A stretch of 64,000 nucleotides of DNA, taken from an uncultured Gemmatimonadales bacterium (GTDB taxonomy: Bacteria > Gemmatimonadota > Gemmatimonadetes > Longimicrobiales > RSA9). Positions 19,411 through 29,226 of the stretch are shown piece by piece; the first letter of the stretch is position 1, and each line of letters starts with the position of its first letter. Position numbers and translations under genes: made by a program. The stretch is taken from NCBI GenBank assembly GCA_963798845.1, contig CAWCUS010000005.1, positions 288,001 to 352,000 on the forward strand, in the 5' to 3' direction. The notes under the pieces were generated by a model. That model made no database searches, was not told the DNA's origin, and saw only the letters and a program-made list of their open reading frames with translations.

Positions 19411-19788
19411 ATGACCGACTTTGCCAGCGTCCCGCCCGTACGGAAAGCCATGGTCCAGCGTCTGACCGCCCGCCTGGGCGACGTGCTGGCCGAAGAGCCG
19501 GCGACGCTGGAAACGCGCCTCTCGCACCTCGACGCGTGGACGCTGGCCGCGCTCCTGCGCGTCACGCCGGTCAGGGACGGCGGTGGCCCTCCCTGGCGGC
19601 GGCGTCGGCATCTGGGGGTGGTGGGCGTGGACCATTCGCTGAATCAGCTGGTGGTAGGGGACGCTCCGTCCCGCATCAGCGCCTCGAGGTCGCTGGAAGC
19701 CGTAGACCTCGACCAGCTGGACGATGAGGATCTGATCGCCGCATCTCGCTACGTCCCGGAGACGCTCCCCGGCTATCTACTCGGCTGA
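19411..19788 (+). CDS. Hypothetical protein
   Basis: 125-aa ORF with coding-like codon usage; no recognised motif. Confidence 0.5.
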   Translation: MTDFASVPPVRKAMVQRLTARLGDVLAEEPATLETRLSHLDAWTLAALLRVTPVRDGGGPPWRRRRHLGVVGVDHSLNQLVVGDAPSRISASRSLEAVDLDQLDDEDLIAASRYVPETLPGYLLG

Positions 19789-19910
19789 AATAGCCGCTCT
19801 CCCCTTCCCGCTCGGGACGCGATTTGCAGGAACGCTCTCGTGCCGGGACCGTGTGTCCTTTCGAGGCACCGGCCCCGTGCATTCGAACGCCCGGAATGGA
19901 ACGGAGACGC

Positions 19911-21719
19911 ATGGCGGAGCAGGAACACGCCGACCCGGTGCTTCGCGAAGTCGTGCATGCGCTCGCCGCGGCCGACGAGCCGCAGCAGGTCGTCCGACTG
20001 ATCCTGGACGCGGCCGTGCGCTCGGTGGACGCCGACGGCGGCTATATCGAGCGCGTGGCGGAGGGCGACGAGGTGGAGGTCGTGGCAGTCCAGGGGTGGG
20101 GGGGTCCCGCCCCCGGGACGCGGGTGGCCTATCCCGGCTCGCTCACCAGGCAGGTCATCGGGACGGGTAAGCCGGAGCTCATCAGCGACATCACCCGCGA
20201 AGAGCATCCCGTGGCGCGACTCCTGTCCAATAGCTGCGGCGCCTGCGGCGCCCTGGTGGTGCCTCTTGCCTCGCATGCAGAGGCGCTGGGAGCCCTCGTG
20301 CTCCTGCGCACCCTGGAGCGCCCTGGCTTCACGGGCGAGGAGGTCTCGCGAGTGACCGTGCTCGCGGACCTGGGTTCGCTCACCTTTCGCCGCGTTCGCC
20401 TGCTGGACGACGCAGAACGCAGGGCTCGCGAGGAATCGGCGCTCCGCCACGCGGCCGCCGCAGTAGGCTCCATCTTCACCATCAGCGGAATCATCGAGGA
20501 GATCGTCCAGAGCGCGCTCATGGCCACGGACTCCGACGGGGCGCTCATGGAGCGGATCGTGAGCGACGGCGATGAAGTGGAGGTGGTCGCCGTCGCCGGA
20601 AGCCGTTCGCTCCCCCTCGGTGCGCGCGTCCAGTACGCAGGATCGCTCGCGGAGCACGTGCTGACCCGCGGCGAGCCACAGATCATCAACCTGTTGGAGG
20701 AAGAGCGCGAGCGGATCTCGCCGGACCTCCTGCGTGCGTGCCCCGACTGCTCCGGTATCGCCGTGCCGTTCAGGGATGCCACGAGTCCGATCGGCGCGCT
20801 CATCCTCCTGCGCAGTCCCGAGCTTGGCCCGTTCAGGGCCCAGGAGACGGTGCGGGCCAGGATCTTCGCCGAGCTCGCCGCGCTCGCCTTCCGCAAGGTG
20901 CAGCTGCTGGAGGAATCGGAGCGCCGGCGCACCGAGCTGGTGCGGGTCATGGAGAGCCGGTCGAAGCTGATGCGCGGGTTTTCGCACGACGTCAAGAATC
21001 CGCTGGGCGCGGCCGACGGCCATCTCCAGCTCCTCGAGGGAGGCACCCTCGGGCCGCTACAGGCGCACCAGATGCGGAGCGTCCACCGGGCGCGGGCTGC
21101 CGTGGCGGACGCCCTGCGGCTGATCGACGACCTGCTGGACCTGGCCCGGGCGGAGACGGGGGACATCAGGATCGAGCGGCAGCCGATGGATCTCGCGGCC
21201 GTGGTGAGGCAGTTGACGGAGGAGTACCGTGTGCAGGCGGAGGGGCGAGGTCTCACGCTCGCGGTTCGGCTCCAGGGCGCCGCGCGCGTGATCCGCAGCG
21301 ATCCCGGCCGCATCCGGCAGGTCCTTTCGAACCTGCTCTCCAATGCTGTCAAGTACACGCGGGATGGAGGGATCACGGTGGTCGTGGACCGGGAGTGCAA
21401 CGAAACGGACTCTCCCCCGGCCGAGGGCGCCCCGTGGGTGGCGGTCCACGTGCGCGACACCGGACCGGGGATCTCCGAGGATCACCAGGAGCGGATGTTC
21501 GAGGAGTTCCAGCGCCTCGACTCCGCGCCCCTTCAGAAGGGGGCGGGAATCGGTCTCGCCATCAGCCGACGGCTGGCCGCGGCGCTGGGAGGTCGCCTCA
21601 CGGTCCAGAGCCGCCCGGGCGAGGGAGCGACGTTCACCCTGTGGCTTCCCGGTGGCGAGAATGCGACCGAGCCCCGGGGGCCGGGCCGGACTGCCGGGCC
21701 GCCGGGAACGACGCCCTGA
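19911..21719 (+). CDS. Cytoplasmic GAF-GAF histidine kinase
   Basis: Two homologous GAF repeats (ER...GDEVEVVAV.G...Y.GSL); SHDVKNPL, NLLSNAVKYT, DTGPGI, GIGLAIS. Confidence 0.92.
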   Translation: MAEQEHADPVLREVVHALAAADEPQQVVRLILDAAVRSVDADGGYIERVAEGDEVEVVAVQGWGGPAPGTRVAYPGSLTRQVIGTGKPELISDITREEHPVARLLSNSCGACGALVVPLASHAEALGALVLLRTLERPGFTGEEVSRVTVLADLGSLTFRRVRLLDDAERRAREESALRHAAAAVGSIFTISGIIEEIVQSALMATDSDGALMERIVSDGDEVEVVAVAGSRSLPLGARVQYAGSLAEHVLTRGEPQIINLLEEERERISPDLLRACPDCSGIAVPFRDATSPIGALILLRSPELGPFRAQETVRARIFAELAALAFRKVQLLEESERRRTELVRVMESRSKLMRGFSHDVKNPLGAADGHLQLLEGGTLGPLQAHQMRSVHRARAAVADALRLIDDLLDLARAETGDIRIERQPMDLAAVVRQLTEEYRVQAEGRGLTLAVRLQGAARVIRSDPGRIRQVLSNLLSNAVKYTRDGGITVVVDRECNETDSPPAEGAPWVAVHVRDTGPGISEDHQERMFEEFQRLDSAPLQKGAGIGLAISRRLAAALGGRLTVQSRPGEGATFTLWLPGGENATEPRGPGRTAGPPGTTP

Positions 21720-23190
21720 AGCGGGCGTACGGGGCGTCGTACGCAGCCACGGCCGCCGGGTCGGGCGCCTCGACCGGGTCTTCCCGAACCGTGGCGTCCA
21801 CGGCCTGGAAAAGGTCCTCGAACGCGCCCGCGCCGACGGCGGCCAGGAGTGCGGCGCCGTAGGCCGGCCCCTCCTCGCGGCTCACGGCGGACACCGGCAT
21901 GCCGAAGACCTCGGCCTGAAGCCGCCGGACGAAGGCGCTGCGCGCGCCACCGCCCGTCAGCACGATCCGGTCGGCCGACAACCCCAGCTCACGGAGGATC
22001 TCGAGAGAGTCGCGCATGGCGAAGCAGATCCCCTCGAGCACGGCCCGCGACACGTGGCGGCGCTCGTGCGCCAGGCTGAGCCCCAGGAGCGCGCCACGAA
22101 GCCGACCGTCCCGGTGGGGCGTCCGCTCGCCCTGGAGGTAAGGGAGAAAGACCACGCCGTCGGCTCCGCGCGGGGCGAGCGCGGCTTCCTGATTGAGCGC
22201 CAGCGACGCGGCATCCGCGCCTTCGGCCCCGACGCCAGCTCCCGGGCTCGCGACCAGCCGATCGCGGTACCAGCCGAACGCGCCGCCCGCCGTGAGGACC
22301 ACCCCAATGTTGTACCACATCCCCCGGGCCACGTGGCAGAACGTGTGGACCCTGAGGGCGGGATCGACCCGCGGCTCGGCGACGGGGGCGAGCACGATCC
22401 CCGATGTTCCCCACCCCGCCACCACCTGGCCGGCGCGCACGACGCCCACACCGGCCGCACCGCACGCGTTGTCGGAGCCGCCACCCGCCACCGGCGTTCC
22501 CCGGGCGAGGCCGGTGAGGGAGGCCGCTTCCGGGGTGACCCGGCCCAGCACTTCCGACGAGCCGCCCACGGGCGGGAGCCACGACTCGGGAACGGCCGCG
22601 AGCCGCAGCATCTCCTCGCTCCAACGCAGTCGAGCCGGGTCGAAGAGGAGGGTGCCGGAAGCGTCCGATGGTTCCGTCGCAAGGTCGCCCGTCAGGCGAT
22701 AGCGGATGTAGTCCTTGGCCAGGAGCAGGGTGGCGACGCGATCGTAGGCGGCGGGCTCGTGGCGGCGGAGCCAGAGCACCTTCGGGAGCGTGAAGCCCTC
22801 AATGGCGGGATTCCGGACCAGGTCCCGGAGTTCCGACTCTCCGCCGGCGAGCTCGGTGATCTCCCGGCACTCGGCGGTGGTCCGTCCGTCACACCAGAGA
22901 AGGGCCGGGCGCACCACCTCGCCGTGCGCATCGAGGAACACGGAGGAGTGCATCTGACCGGAGATCCCAACGGCGGCGATCCTGCCCGGCGCCCTCGACA
23001 GGAGGTCTGAGATCACCGACACCGACGCGCGCCACCAGCTTGCCGGGTCCTGCTCCGCCCACCCTGGACGCGGGGTCTGGAGCGTGAGCGAGCGGTTCGC
23101 GACGGCCCTCACCTCGCCGGCCGGGGCGACCAGAACGCCCTTCACCCCGCTCGTGCCGATGTCGAGGCCGAGGAAGGACTCGGCCGTCAC
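21634..23190 (-). CDS. xylB: Xylulokinase (FGGY family)
   Basis: LGLDIGTSGVK, WAEQDP, SGQMHS, LWCDGRT, SDASGT, PYLQGERTPH, TGGGARS; GTG overlaps pfkA stop. Confidence 0.9.
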   Translation of the reverse strand: MTAESFLGLDIGTSGVKGVLVAPAGEVRAVANRSLTLQTPRPGWAEQDPASWWRASVSVISDLLSRAPGRIAAVGISGQMHSSVFLDAHGEVVRPALLWCDGRTTAECREITELAGGESELRDLVRNPAIEGFTLPKVLWLRRHEPAAYDRVATLLLAKDYIRYRLTGDLATEPSDASGTLLFDPARLRWSEEMLRLAAVPESWLPPVGGSSEVLGRVTPEAASLTGLARGTPVAGGGSDNACGAAGVGVVRAGQVVAGWGTSGIVLAPVAEPRVDPALRVHTFCHVARGMWYNIGVVLTAGGAFGWYRDRLVASPGAGVGAEGADAASLALNQEAALAPRGADGVVFLPYLQGERTPHRDGRLRGALLGLSLAHERRHVSRAVLEGICFAMRDSLEILRELGLSADRIVLTGGGARSAFVRRLQAEVFGMPVSAVSREEGPAYGAALLAAVGAGAFEDLFQAVDATVREDPVEAPDPAAVAAYDAPYARFRASFPAARQSGPAPGARSHSRHREATG

Positions 23191-24278
23191 CCCAGCGCCC
23201 GGATCAGGTCCAGCATGGGGGCGTCCAGCGTCTTCAGACCGCACACCGCCTCCTCGAGCTCGACCGTCACGACCTCCGTGCCGCGCAGCGCCACCATACG
23301 CCCCCACTCCCCCGCCATCGCCATGTCCGCCGCACGCACGCCGAAACGCGTGGCCAGCACCCGGTCGTACGGCGTCGGGCTGCCGCCCCGTTGCGTGTGC
23401 CCCAGCACCACCGTCCTCACCTCCGTGTCCACACGCTGCTCGATCTCCTCCGCCAGCCGCATGCTCGTAGCCCCCGCCTTCACCGACGAGCGACGGTCCG
23501 GCGCCGTCCCATTCCCGTTCCCATTGACCTTGCCATTGCCATTGCCGTTCGCGCTGGCGAACTGCACTCCCTCCGCCACCACCACGATGGCGAACGGCCG
23601 CCCGCGCTGCTGGCGGCTCCGGATCCGGTCACACACCTGCTCGATCTCCCACGGCACTTCCGGCACCAGGATCACGTCCGCCCCCCCGGCAATCCCGGCA
23701 TGCGCCGCGATCCACCCCGTGTGCCGCCCCATCACCTCCACAACCATCACCCGGTTGTGCGCTTCCGCTGTCGAGTGGAGACGGTCGATCGCCTCGGTCG
23801 CGATGTGCACGGCCGTGTCGTGGCCGAACGTAACATCCGTCGACCGCAGGTCGTTGTCGATGGTCTTCGGCACGCCAACCACGCGCAACCCGCGGCGCGC
23901 GAGCTCCAGCGTCGCCGACAACGTCCCGTCCCCGCCCACCACGACCAGCCCCTCGACGCCGTCCTCCGCCAGTCGCGCCATGACCCGCGCCGGCCCGTCC
24001 TCTTCCGCCATCGGGTCCGTCCGCGACGTCCCCAACATCGTCCCGCCCAGGTGCAGGATCCCCTTGACCGCCGGCCGGTCCAGCTGCACCGAGCTTCCGG
24101 CCAGCACCCCGGCCCACCCGTTCCGGTACCCGATCAGCTCCACACCCTGCTGCCCGCACCGCATTGACACCGCCCGCAGCACCGCGTTCAGACCCGGGCA
24201 GTCACCACCGCCGGTGAGAACCCCGAGTCGCCGCACCCGGGCCTCTCCCGTCGGCACGCCGTCCTGTTCCGTTGACAT
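23187..24278 (-). CDS. pfkA: 6-phosphofructokinase, group III type
   Basis: LTGGGDCPGLNAV, GGTMLGTSR, GGDGT, PKTIDND, EVMGRHTGWIA, LGHTQRGG. Confidence 0.95.
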   Translation of the reverse strand: MSTEQDGVPTGEARVRRLGVLTGGGDCPGLNAVLRAVSMRCGQQGVELIGYRNGWAGVLAGSSVQLDRPAVKGILHLGGTMLGTSRTDPMAEEDGPARVMARLAEDGVEGLVVVGGDGTLSATLELARRGLRVVGVPKTIDNDLRSTDVTFGHDTAVHIATEAIDRLHSTAEAHNRVMVVEVMGRHTGWIAAHAGIAGGADVILVPEVPWEIEQVCDRIRSRQQRGRPFAIVVVAEGVQFASANGNGNGKVNGNGNGTAPDRRSSVKAGATSMRLAEEIEQRVDTEVRTVVLGHTQRGGSPTPYDRVLATRFGVRAADMAMAGEWGRMVALRGTEVVTVELEEAVCGLKTLDAPMLDLIRALG

Positions 24279-24375
24279 CCACTGGGACAAGATCGAACCT
24301 CCGCATTTGTATTTCCGGCCAACAAACGATGCCAGCACCGGGTCTCGCGCGCAAGCCCGCGGGCAGGCGCGGGAC

Positions 24376-25590
24376 TCAGGCGAGCTCGGGGGCGGCGAAG
24401 AGCGGGGCGAGGACGAGGGCAGTGGCGCCGCGGAGTCGCTCCTCGGTGTCGGCCTTCTCGGGCCGGAGGGGCGTTTCGGCGGCGGCGGTGGTGAGGGTGC
24501 GCTCGCGGATGACGTCGCGCATGACGGGCTCGACCAGAGCCCAGGCGCCGGAGATGTCGCCGCCGACGATGATGAGGCCGGGGTTGAGGGCGTTGATGAC
24601 TGCGGCGATGCCGAGGCCGAGATATCGGGCCGTGTCGCGGAGCGCGGCGACGGCGTTGGGGTCGTCCAGGTCGGCGAGGCGGACAATGTCGCCAACGGAG
24701 AGGTCGTCGGGTGGCGGCGGGCTTCCGGTCTCGGGTGCGAGGCGCTCGAGGTAGCGGGCGATGGTGGCGCCGTCGGAGGCGTAGGCTTCCCAGCAGCCGC
24801 GGGCGCCGCAGGAGCAGAGGGGCCCATCGAAGCTGAGGGGCACGTGGCCGAACTCGCCGGCCGCGTGGCGGGACCCGCGGACGACGCGCCCGTCGACCAC
24901 GAGGCCGGTGCCGACGCCCTCGGAGACCGTGACGTAGACGAAGCTGCGGGCGTCCTCCCCGGCATTTTCTCCGAGCCAGATGCGTGCGAGGGCACAGGCG
25001 ACGGCGTCGCGCTCGATGTGGACGGGGAAGTCGAAGGCGGCCCTGAGCGGCGTGAGGAAGTCGACGTCGGTCCATCCGAGTGTGGGCGCGTTGAGCAGCC
25101 TCCCGGTCTCGCCTTCGACGACGCCGGGCACGACGATCCCGAGGCCGCGGCAGGCGCCGGTGGCGGCGTGGGCGTGGGCGAGGTCGTGCACGCGGCGGGC
25201 GATCTCGTCGATGAGGCGTTCGGGGGAATGGGGCGTGCGGAACCGCTCGCGGACGATGGCGCGGCCGGCGAAGTCGCTAACGAGGATGTGGGTGTGGCTG
25301 CGGTGGACGTCGATGCCGAAGGCGAGGCGGTCGTGGCCACGAATGTGGAGGAGCGTGGGCTTGCGTCCGCGGGGCGTGTCCGCGGTTCCGCCTTCGCCTA
25401 CCAGCCCGTCGGCGAGGAGCTCGTTGACGAGACCGGTGATCGTGCCCCGGGCGACCCCCATGGCACGCGCGAGATCGGCGCGTGAGATGGGCTGCCGCTC
25501 CCGCACCAGGTTCAGCAGGATGCGTCGGTTGACCTCGCGGGGCGTGTCCCGCGTCGCGCGGGTGAAATTGTCCGGGTCGATCTTGCGCAC
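24376..25590 (-). CDS. ROK family transcriptional repressor (XylR/NagC-like)
   Basis: ISRADLAR HTH, GRKP, GVGTG, AGEFGH, CSCGARGCWE. Confidence 0.93.
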   Translation of the reverse strand: MRKIDPDNFTRATRDTPREVNRRILLNLVRERQPISRADLARAMGVARGTITGLVNELLADGLVGEGGTADTPRGRKPTLLHIRGHDRLAFGIDVHRSHTHILVSDFAGRAIVRERFRTPHSPERLIDEIARRVHDLAHAHAATGACRGLGIVVPGVVEGETGRLLNAPTLGWTDVDFLTPLRAAFDFPVHIERDAVACALARIWLGENAGEDARSFVYVTVSEGVGTGLVVDGRVVRGSRHAAGEFGHVPLSFDGPLCSCGARGCWEAYASDGATIARYLERLAPETGSPPPPDDLSVGDIVRLADLDDPNAVAALRDTARYLGLGIAAVINALNPGLIIVGGDISGAWALVEPVMRDVIRERTLTTAAAETPLRPEKADTEERLRGATALVLAPLFAAPELA

Positions 25591-25988
25591 GTATGGATGC
25601 CGTTGCCGGTGAAGCAGGCGCCCGCGCTCGCCGGCGCGGCGCCGGAGACAAGTTCGTGAAACGACGATCCGCGCGCCACTCGGGCGCCTGCGTCGGCGCG
25701 TCGGGGGCCGGACCACGGGGAGGGCGTCATTCTGCGAGCCGATTCGCCGCACCGGCGCCGGCGCCGCCCCGTCGCATCAGGGCCAGGCCGATTCCCTACA
25801 TTTTTCCTCCGTGGCGGCAATGATGTACGGGATCGTGGCGGTATCCTCACCGGCGCAGCACACCTCAACTCGTTGTCGTGCAGCGCGTTTCCAGACGTTC
25901 ACGATCGTGGCCCCGCGCTTGCCTTCGTCCGTGCACAACAGGAGCACGGGGCGGCGGGATAACCGGGGAGAGCGTCCCGTGCAACAGG

Positions 25989-26022
25989 AAGGGGGAGAGG
26001 CTGATGATGGCCGCTCCCCCTT
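25989..26022 (-). terminator. Probable intrinsic terminator after the Mo-oxidoreductase gene
   Basis: AAGGGGGAGAGGC / GCCGCTCCCCCTT inverted repeat 19 nt after stop. Confidence 0.6.
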
Positions 26023-26040
26023 TCTGTGTCGACCTCGTGG

Positions 26041-26739
26041 TCAGGTGCCGGCGTACCACTCGTAGCCGCGGTCGCTCCAGTAGCCGCCGTTCCGCTGCGC
26101 CATGAAGACCACGCGGGTGAGATACTTCACGCTCTTGTAGCCGAGCTTGACCGGGGAGTGGAGGCGAGCCGGGGCGCCGTGTGCGGCCTCGAGCGGATGG
26201 TCGTCCCTGCCGTAGGCGATGAGGGTGCGGGGGTGGAGCGCGCTCTCGAGGTCCCAACTCTCGTGATAATCACTGTCAAAGGAGGCGAAGTCGACATAGG
26301 CAGCGTCCGGAAGCGGCTCGACGATGCGCGCGATCTCGCTCATCCGCACGCCCGTCCACTCCGTCACGGCCATCCATCCCTCGACGCAGTAGTGGTTGAC
26401 GCGGTGGGTGATGGATCGGAGCGAGGTCAGGGCATCGAGGGTGAGGCGAAGGGGCCGGCGGACGAGCCCGGTCACCTCCAGCGTCCAGGGCCCGCGCGCG
26501 GCAGTGTCCCACACCGGAACCGAGCGGGAGATGTGATACGACGGAAGGCTCTCGCCCGCGAGCCGGTAGCCTTCGACGGGATCGACCGCTCCATCCCGGG
26601 TCAGGAGTCGTTCCACGCGCTCGTTCTGACGCTCGGCGAGCTCGAGGAGAGGGCGCGCCCACTCCCCCTTTCGATCGCACGCGGCCAGCAGCCCGAGCAT
26701 CGACGTGCCACCGAGGGTCATGAAGCGGCGCCGTCTCAT
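26041..26739 (-). CDS. Sulfite-oxidase-family molybdopterin oxidoreductase (MsrP/YedY-like), Tat-exported lipoprotein
   Basis: MRRRRF twin-arginine plus LAAC; HYCVEGW, WTGV, HGAPARL, KLGYKSVKYL, GGYWSDRGY. Confidence 0.9.
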   Translation of the reverse strand: MRRRRFMTLGGTSMLGLLAACDRKGEWARPLLELAERQNERVERLLTRDGAVDPVEGYRLAGESLPSYHISRSVPVWDTAARGPWTLEVTGLVRRPLRLTLDALTSLRSITHRVNHYCVEGWMAVTEWTGVRMSEIARIVEPLPDAAYVDFASFDSDYHESWDLESALHPRTLIAYGRDDHPLEAAHGAPARLHSPVKLGYKSVKYLTRVVFMAQRNGGYWSDRGYEWYAGT

Positions 26740-27455
26740 GGGGATTCCTCCTCGGCCGGGGCGCGCCGGAGCGTCGGGAACGGTCGCGCGTTTCGCGCGG
26801 CAGGCGAGCGGGTGGCGTCGTAGGCGCCGGTGATCATGGAACGGATCGACTGGCGGTCGACCACGAGCACCATGAGCACGTGAACGGCGGTGAAGCCGAC
26901 CAGTGCGAGCATGGCGAGGAAGTGCCAGTAGCGGGCCCAGACGTAGCCGCCGAGCATGCGTGTGAGAAGCCCGAGCGAAACCGGTTTCCAGATGGCGAGA
27001 CCGCTCAGCACCGAGACCACCGCCACGAACGGGATCGCGAAGTACGACAGCTTCTGGAGCGAGTTGTGCTTCGCCTGGGGCGGATGGTCCGGGCGGAGGA
27101 AGAGATAGAAGCGCACCATCTGCCAGGCGGAGCGCGAGTCGCCGCGGCGGGGCACGAGGTCGCGCCACTCGCCGTGGAGGTATACCCATGCAAGGTACGC
27201 GAGGCCGTTCACGACGAGCACCCACATCATGGCGAAGTGCCAGTTTCTCGCCCCCGCCAGCCACCCTCCGAACGTGAGCCACTGCGGGATGTGCCGACCC
27301 TCGAACGGATAACAGCAGAAGCTGCCGCCCCGGGGCGCAAATCGGGGGTAGGCGTCAAAGATGCGGAGCCCGCTGGTCGTCATGATCCCGAACGCGATCA
27401 CGTTGATCCAGTGCGTGATGCGGACGACGACGTGGTGACGACGTTCCCTGGCCAT
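26736..27455 (-). CDS. Cytochrome b/b6-domain membrane partner (YdhU/Ni-hydrogenase cyt b family)
   Basis: VRITHWIN, SGLRIF, ARNWHF, HNSLQKLSY, ARYWHF, VHV; translational coupling. Confidence 0.88.
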   Translation of the reverse strand: MARERRHHVVVRITHWINVIAFGIMTTSGLRIFDAYPRFAPRGGSFCCYPFEGRHIPQWLTFGGWLAGARNWHFAMMWVLVVNGLAYLAWVYLHGEWRDLVPRRGDSRSAWQMVRFYLFLRPDHPPQAKHNSLQKLSYFAIPFVAVVSVLSGLAIWKPVSLGLLTRMLGGYVWARYWHFLAMLALVGFTAVHVLMVLVVDRQSIRSMITGAYDATRSPAARNARPFPTLRRAPAEEESP

Positions 27456-27619
27456 CAGGCCTCACCGCCTGTTCCCGGTGCCCGAACCGACGCAGCAATA
27501 TGGGCCCGGTGCGGGGAGATGCGCGAGGCTGCCGGTTCCGCGCGCCGCTCGCGGTCTTGACGGAGCGCCCCTGGCGCCGTCGTATTCCGTCCGGGACCCG
27601 ACCCCCGGCAGGAGGCTGA

Positions 27620-28312
27620 ATGAACGAGGAGCGTCGCTACAGCAGCTCGGAGATCGAGTGGATCTTCGCGCAGGCGGCGGAGCAGAGCGAGTCGCGGTCG
27701 CTGGCGAGGGCGGGCGAGCAGGGGCTGACGCTGAAGCAGCTGCACGAGATCGCAGGCGAGGTGGGGCTCGCACCCGACCTGGTGACGCGGGCGGCGAGCG
27801 CGCTCGACCGTGGGCTTCGAGACGACGGGATTCAGCGTACGCTCGGCCTTCCGCTGCGGGTCGCCCGCACGGTCTCCCTGTCCCGGGACCTCACCGAGGA
27901 TGAATGGGAGCGCCTGGTTGCCGACGCACGCGAGACGTTCCATGCATCCGGCCGCATCCGGACCCAGGGCCGGCTGCGCGAATGGAGCAACGGGAACCTT
28001 CACCTCTTCATCGAGCCGGAGGGGTCCGGCCACCGGCTCCGCATGGAAACGCTCAAGGAATCCGCGGCCGTCGGGCTCCGGATCGGGGCAGGAGCGCTGG
28101 CCATGGCCGTCATCCTCGCCCTGCTGTCCGTGCTGACCGGCGACCCGGGCATCCTCACCGGCGCGGTTGCGCTCCTGGCCGTTTCCGTGGCCGCGTTCGG
28201 CTCGCGTGCGGTGACGCTACCCTCCTGGGCGAGCCGGAGGCTGGAGCAGATGGACGGGCTGGCCGAGCGGCTGACGGGGTCGCTGGCGGCCCTCCCGCCC
28301 GGAGAGGAGTGA
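27620..28312 (+). CDS. Hypothetical membrane protein with two C-terminal TM helices
   Basis: GGAGG RBS; RRYS..EI..IF..AAE and GLTL.QL.EIA.EVG motifs. Confidence 0.72.
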   Translation: MNEERRYSSSEIEWIFAQAAEQSESRSLARAGEQGLTLKQLHEIAGEVGLAPDLVTRAASALDRGLRDDGIQRTLGLPLRVARTVSLSRDLTEDEWERLVADARETFHASGRIRTQGRLREWSNGNLHLFIEPEGSGHRLRMETLKESAAVGLRIGAGALAMAVILALLSVLTGDPGILTGAVALLAVSVAAFGSRAVTLPSWASRRLEQMDGLAERLTGSLAALPPGEE

Positions 28313-28356
28313 GAGCCGGACGGACGTCGCGGGCCTCCGGCGTGCCCGAGCGGAGG

Positions 28357-29115
28357 CTAGAACGTTGCGGGGCCACCGACGCGGTCGATGAACGACTGGC
28401 GATAGGTGCGGCTGAGCCGGGTCTCCCGCCCGCTGTGCAGGTGGACTCGATAGTCGCCCGCGGCGATCGGCTCGAGGCTCTTGACGCTGCCGACGTTGAC
28501 GATGGCCGAGCGGTGGATGCGAACGAAGCGGGTCGGGTCGAGCCGCGATTCGAGGGAGGCGAGGCTCTCGCGGTGCAGGAGCCGCTCACGTTCGCGGTGG
28601 ACGTAAACGTAGTTCCCGGCGGCCTCGAACAGGTCGACCTCGTCCATGGGGATGATCCGCACCTCGCCCGGCTCCTTCACGAGAAGCCACTCCGAGTGGC
28701 GTCGGGCCAGCGCGGCGCCGGCCGGCGCCGCCGGCCTCGCGCTCGCGGAGCGGTCGAGCCGGGCCGGCGTCCGGGCGCGCTCCACGGCTTCGCGCAGGCG
28801 ATCCTCATCGACTGGCTTGAGGAGGTAGTCGATGGCGTTGGCTTCGAAGGCCCTCACGGTCGACTCGTCGTACGCGGTCAGGAATACCACGGGCGGCGCG
28901 TTGCCCGAGCGGAGCTGGGCGATGATCCCGCCTCCGTCGAGCCCCCGCATCTGGATGTCGAGCAGGATCAGGTCGTAACCCTCGCTGGTCAGGAGGGCGA
29001 CCGCGGACTGGCCGTCCCTGCAAGCCGTGACCGCTTCGACGACCGGCAGCCGCTCCAGCAGCCGGGTGAGCCGCTCCCGCGCGGGTCTCTCGGCGTCGAC
29101 GACGAGGACTCTCAT
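28357..29115 (-). CDS. LytTR family response regulator
   Basis: LLDIQM, FLTAYD, AFEANAIDYLLKP, EAAGNYV, FVRIHRSAIVN, LSRTY. Confidence 0.93.
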   Translation of the reverse strand: MRVLVVDAERPARERLTRLLERLPVVEAVTACRDGQSAVALLTSEGYDLILLDIQMRGLDGGGIIAQLRSGNAPPVVFLTAYDESTVRAFEANAIDYLLKPVDEDRLREAVERARTPARLDRSASARPAAPAGAALARRHSEWLLVKEPGEVRIIPMDEVDLFEAAGNYVYVHRERERLLHRESLASLESRLDPTRFVRIHRSAIVNVGSVKSLEPIAAGDYRVHLHSGRETRLSRTYRQSFIDRVGGPATF

Positions 29116-29226
29116 GCTTCCGTTCTGCTCGAAGTGATCCGGGCCTGTATCTGGAGGAACGCGTGTGTGGTCCGAAGTGTTACGGGCGGCCGGGGCCGCC
29201 GGGGACGACACGGACCTCTTCACCGG

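Noticed and set aside
23505..23550. Short repeats (CCATTG/CCGTTC)n, and TTCGCCCAC x2 at about 15321
   Set aside because: In-frame low-complexity insertions (NGNG, GEVGEV); no spacer structure, so not CRISPR
26736..27455. Cytochrome b as a subunit of the hydrogenase
   Set aside because: Group 3b enzymes are soluble; this gene is coupled to the Mo oxidoreductase about 18 kb away
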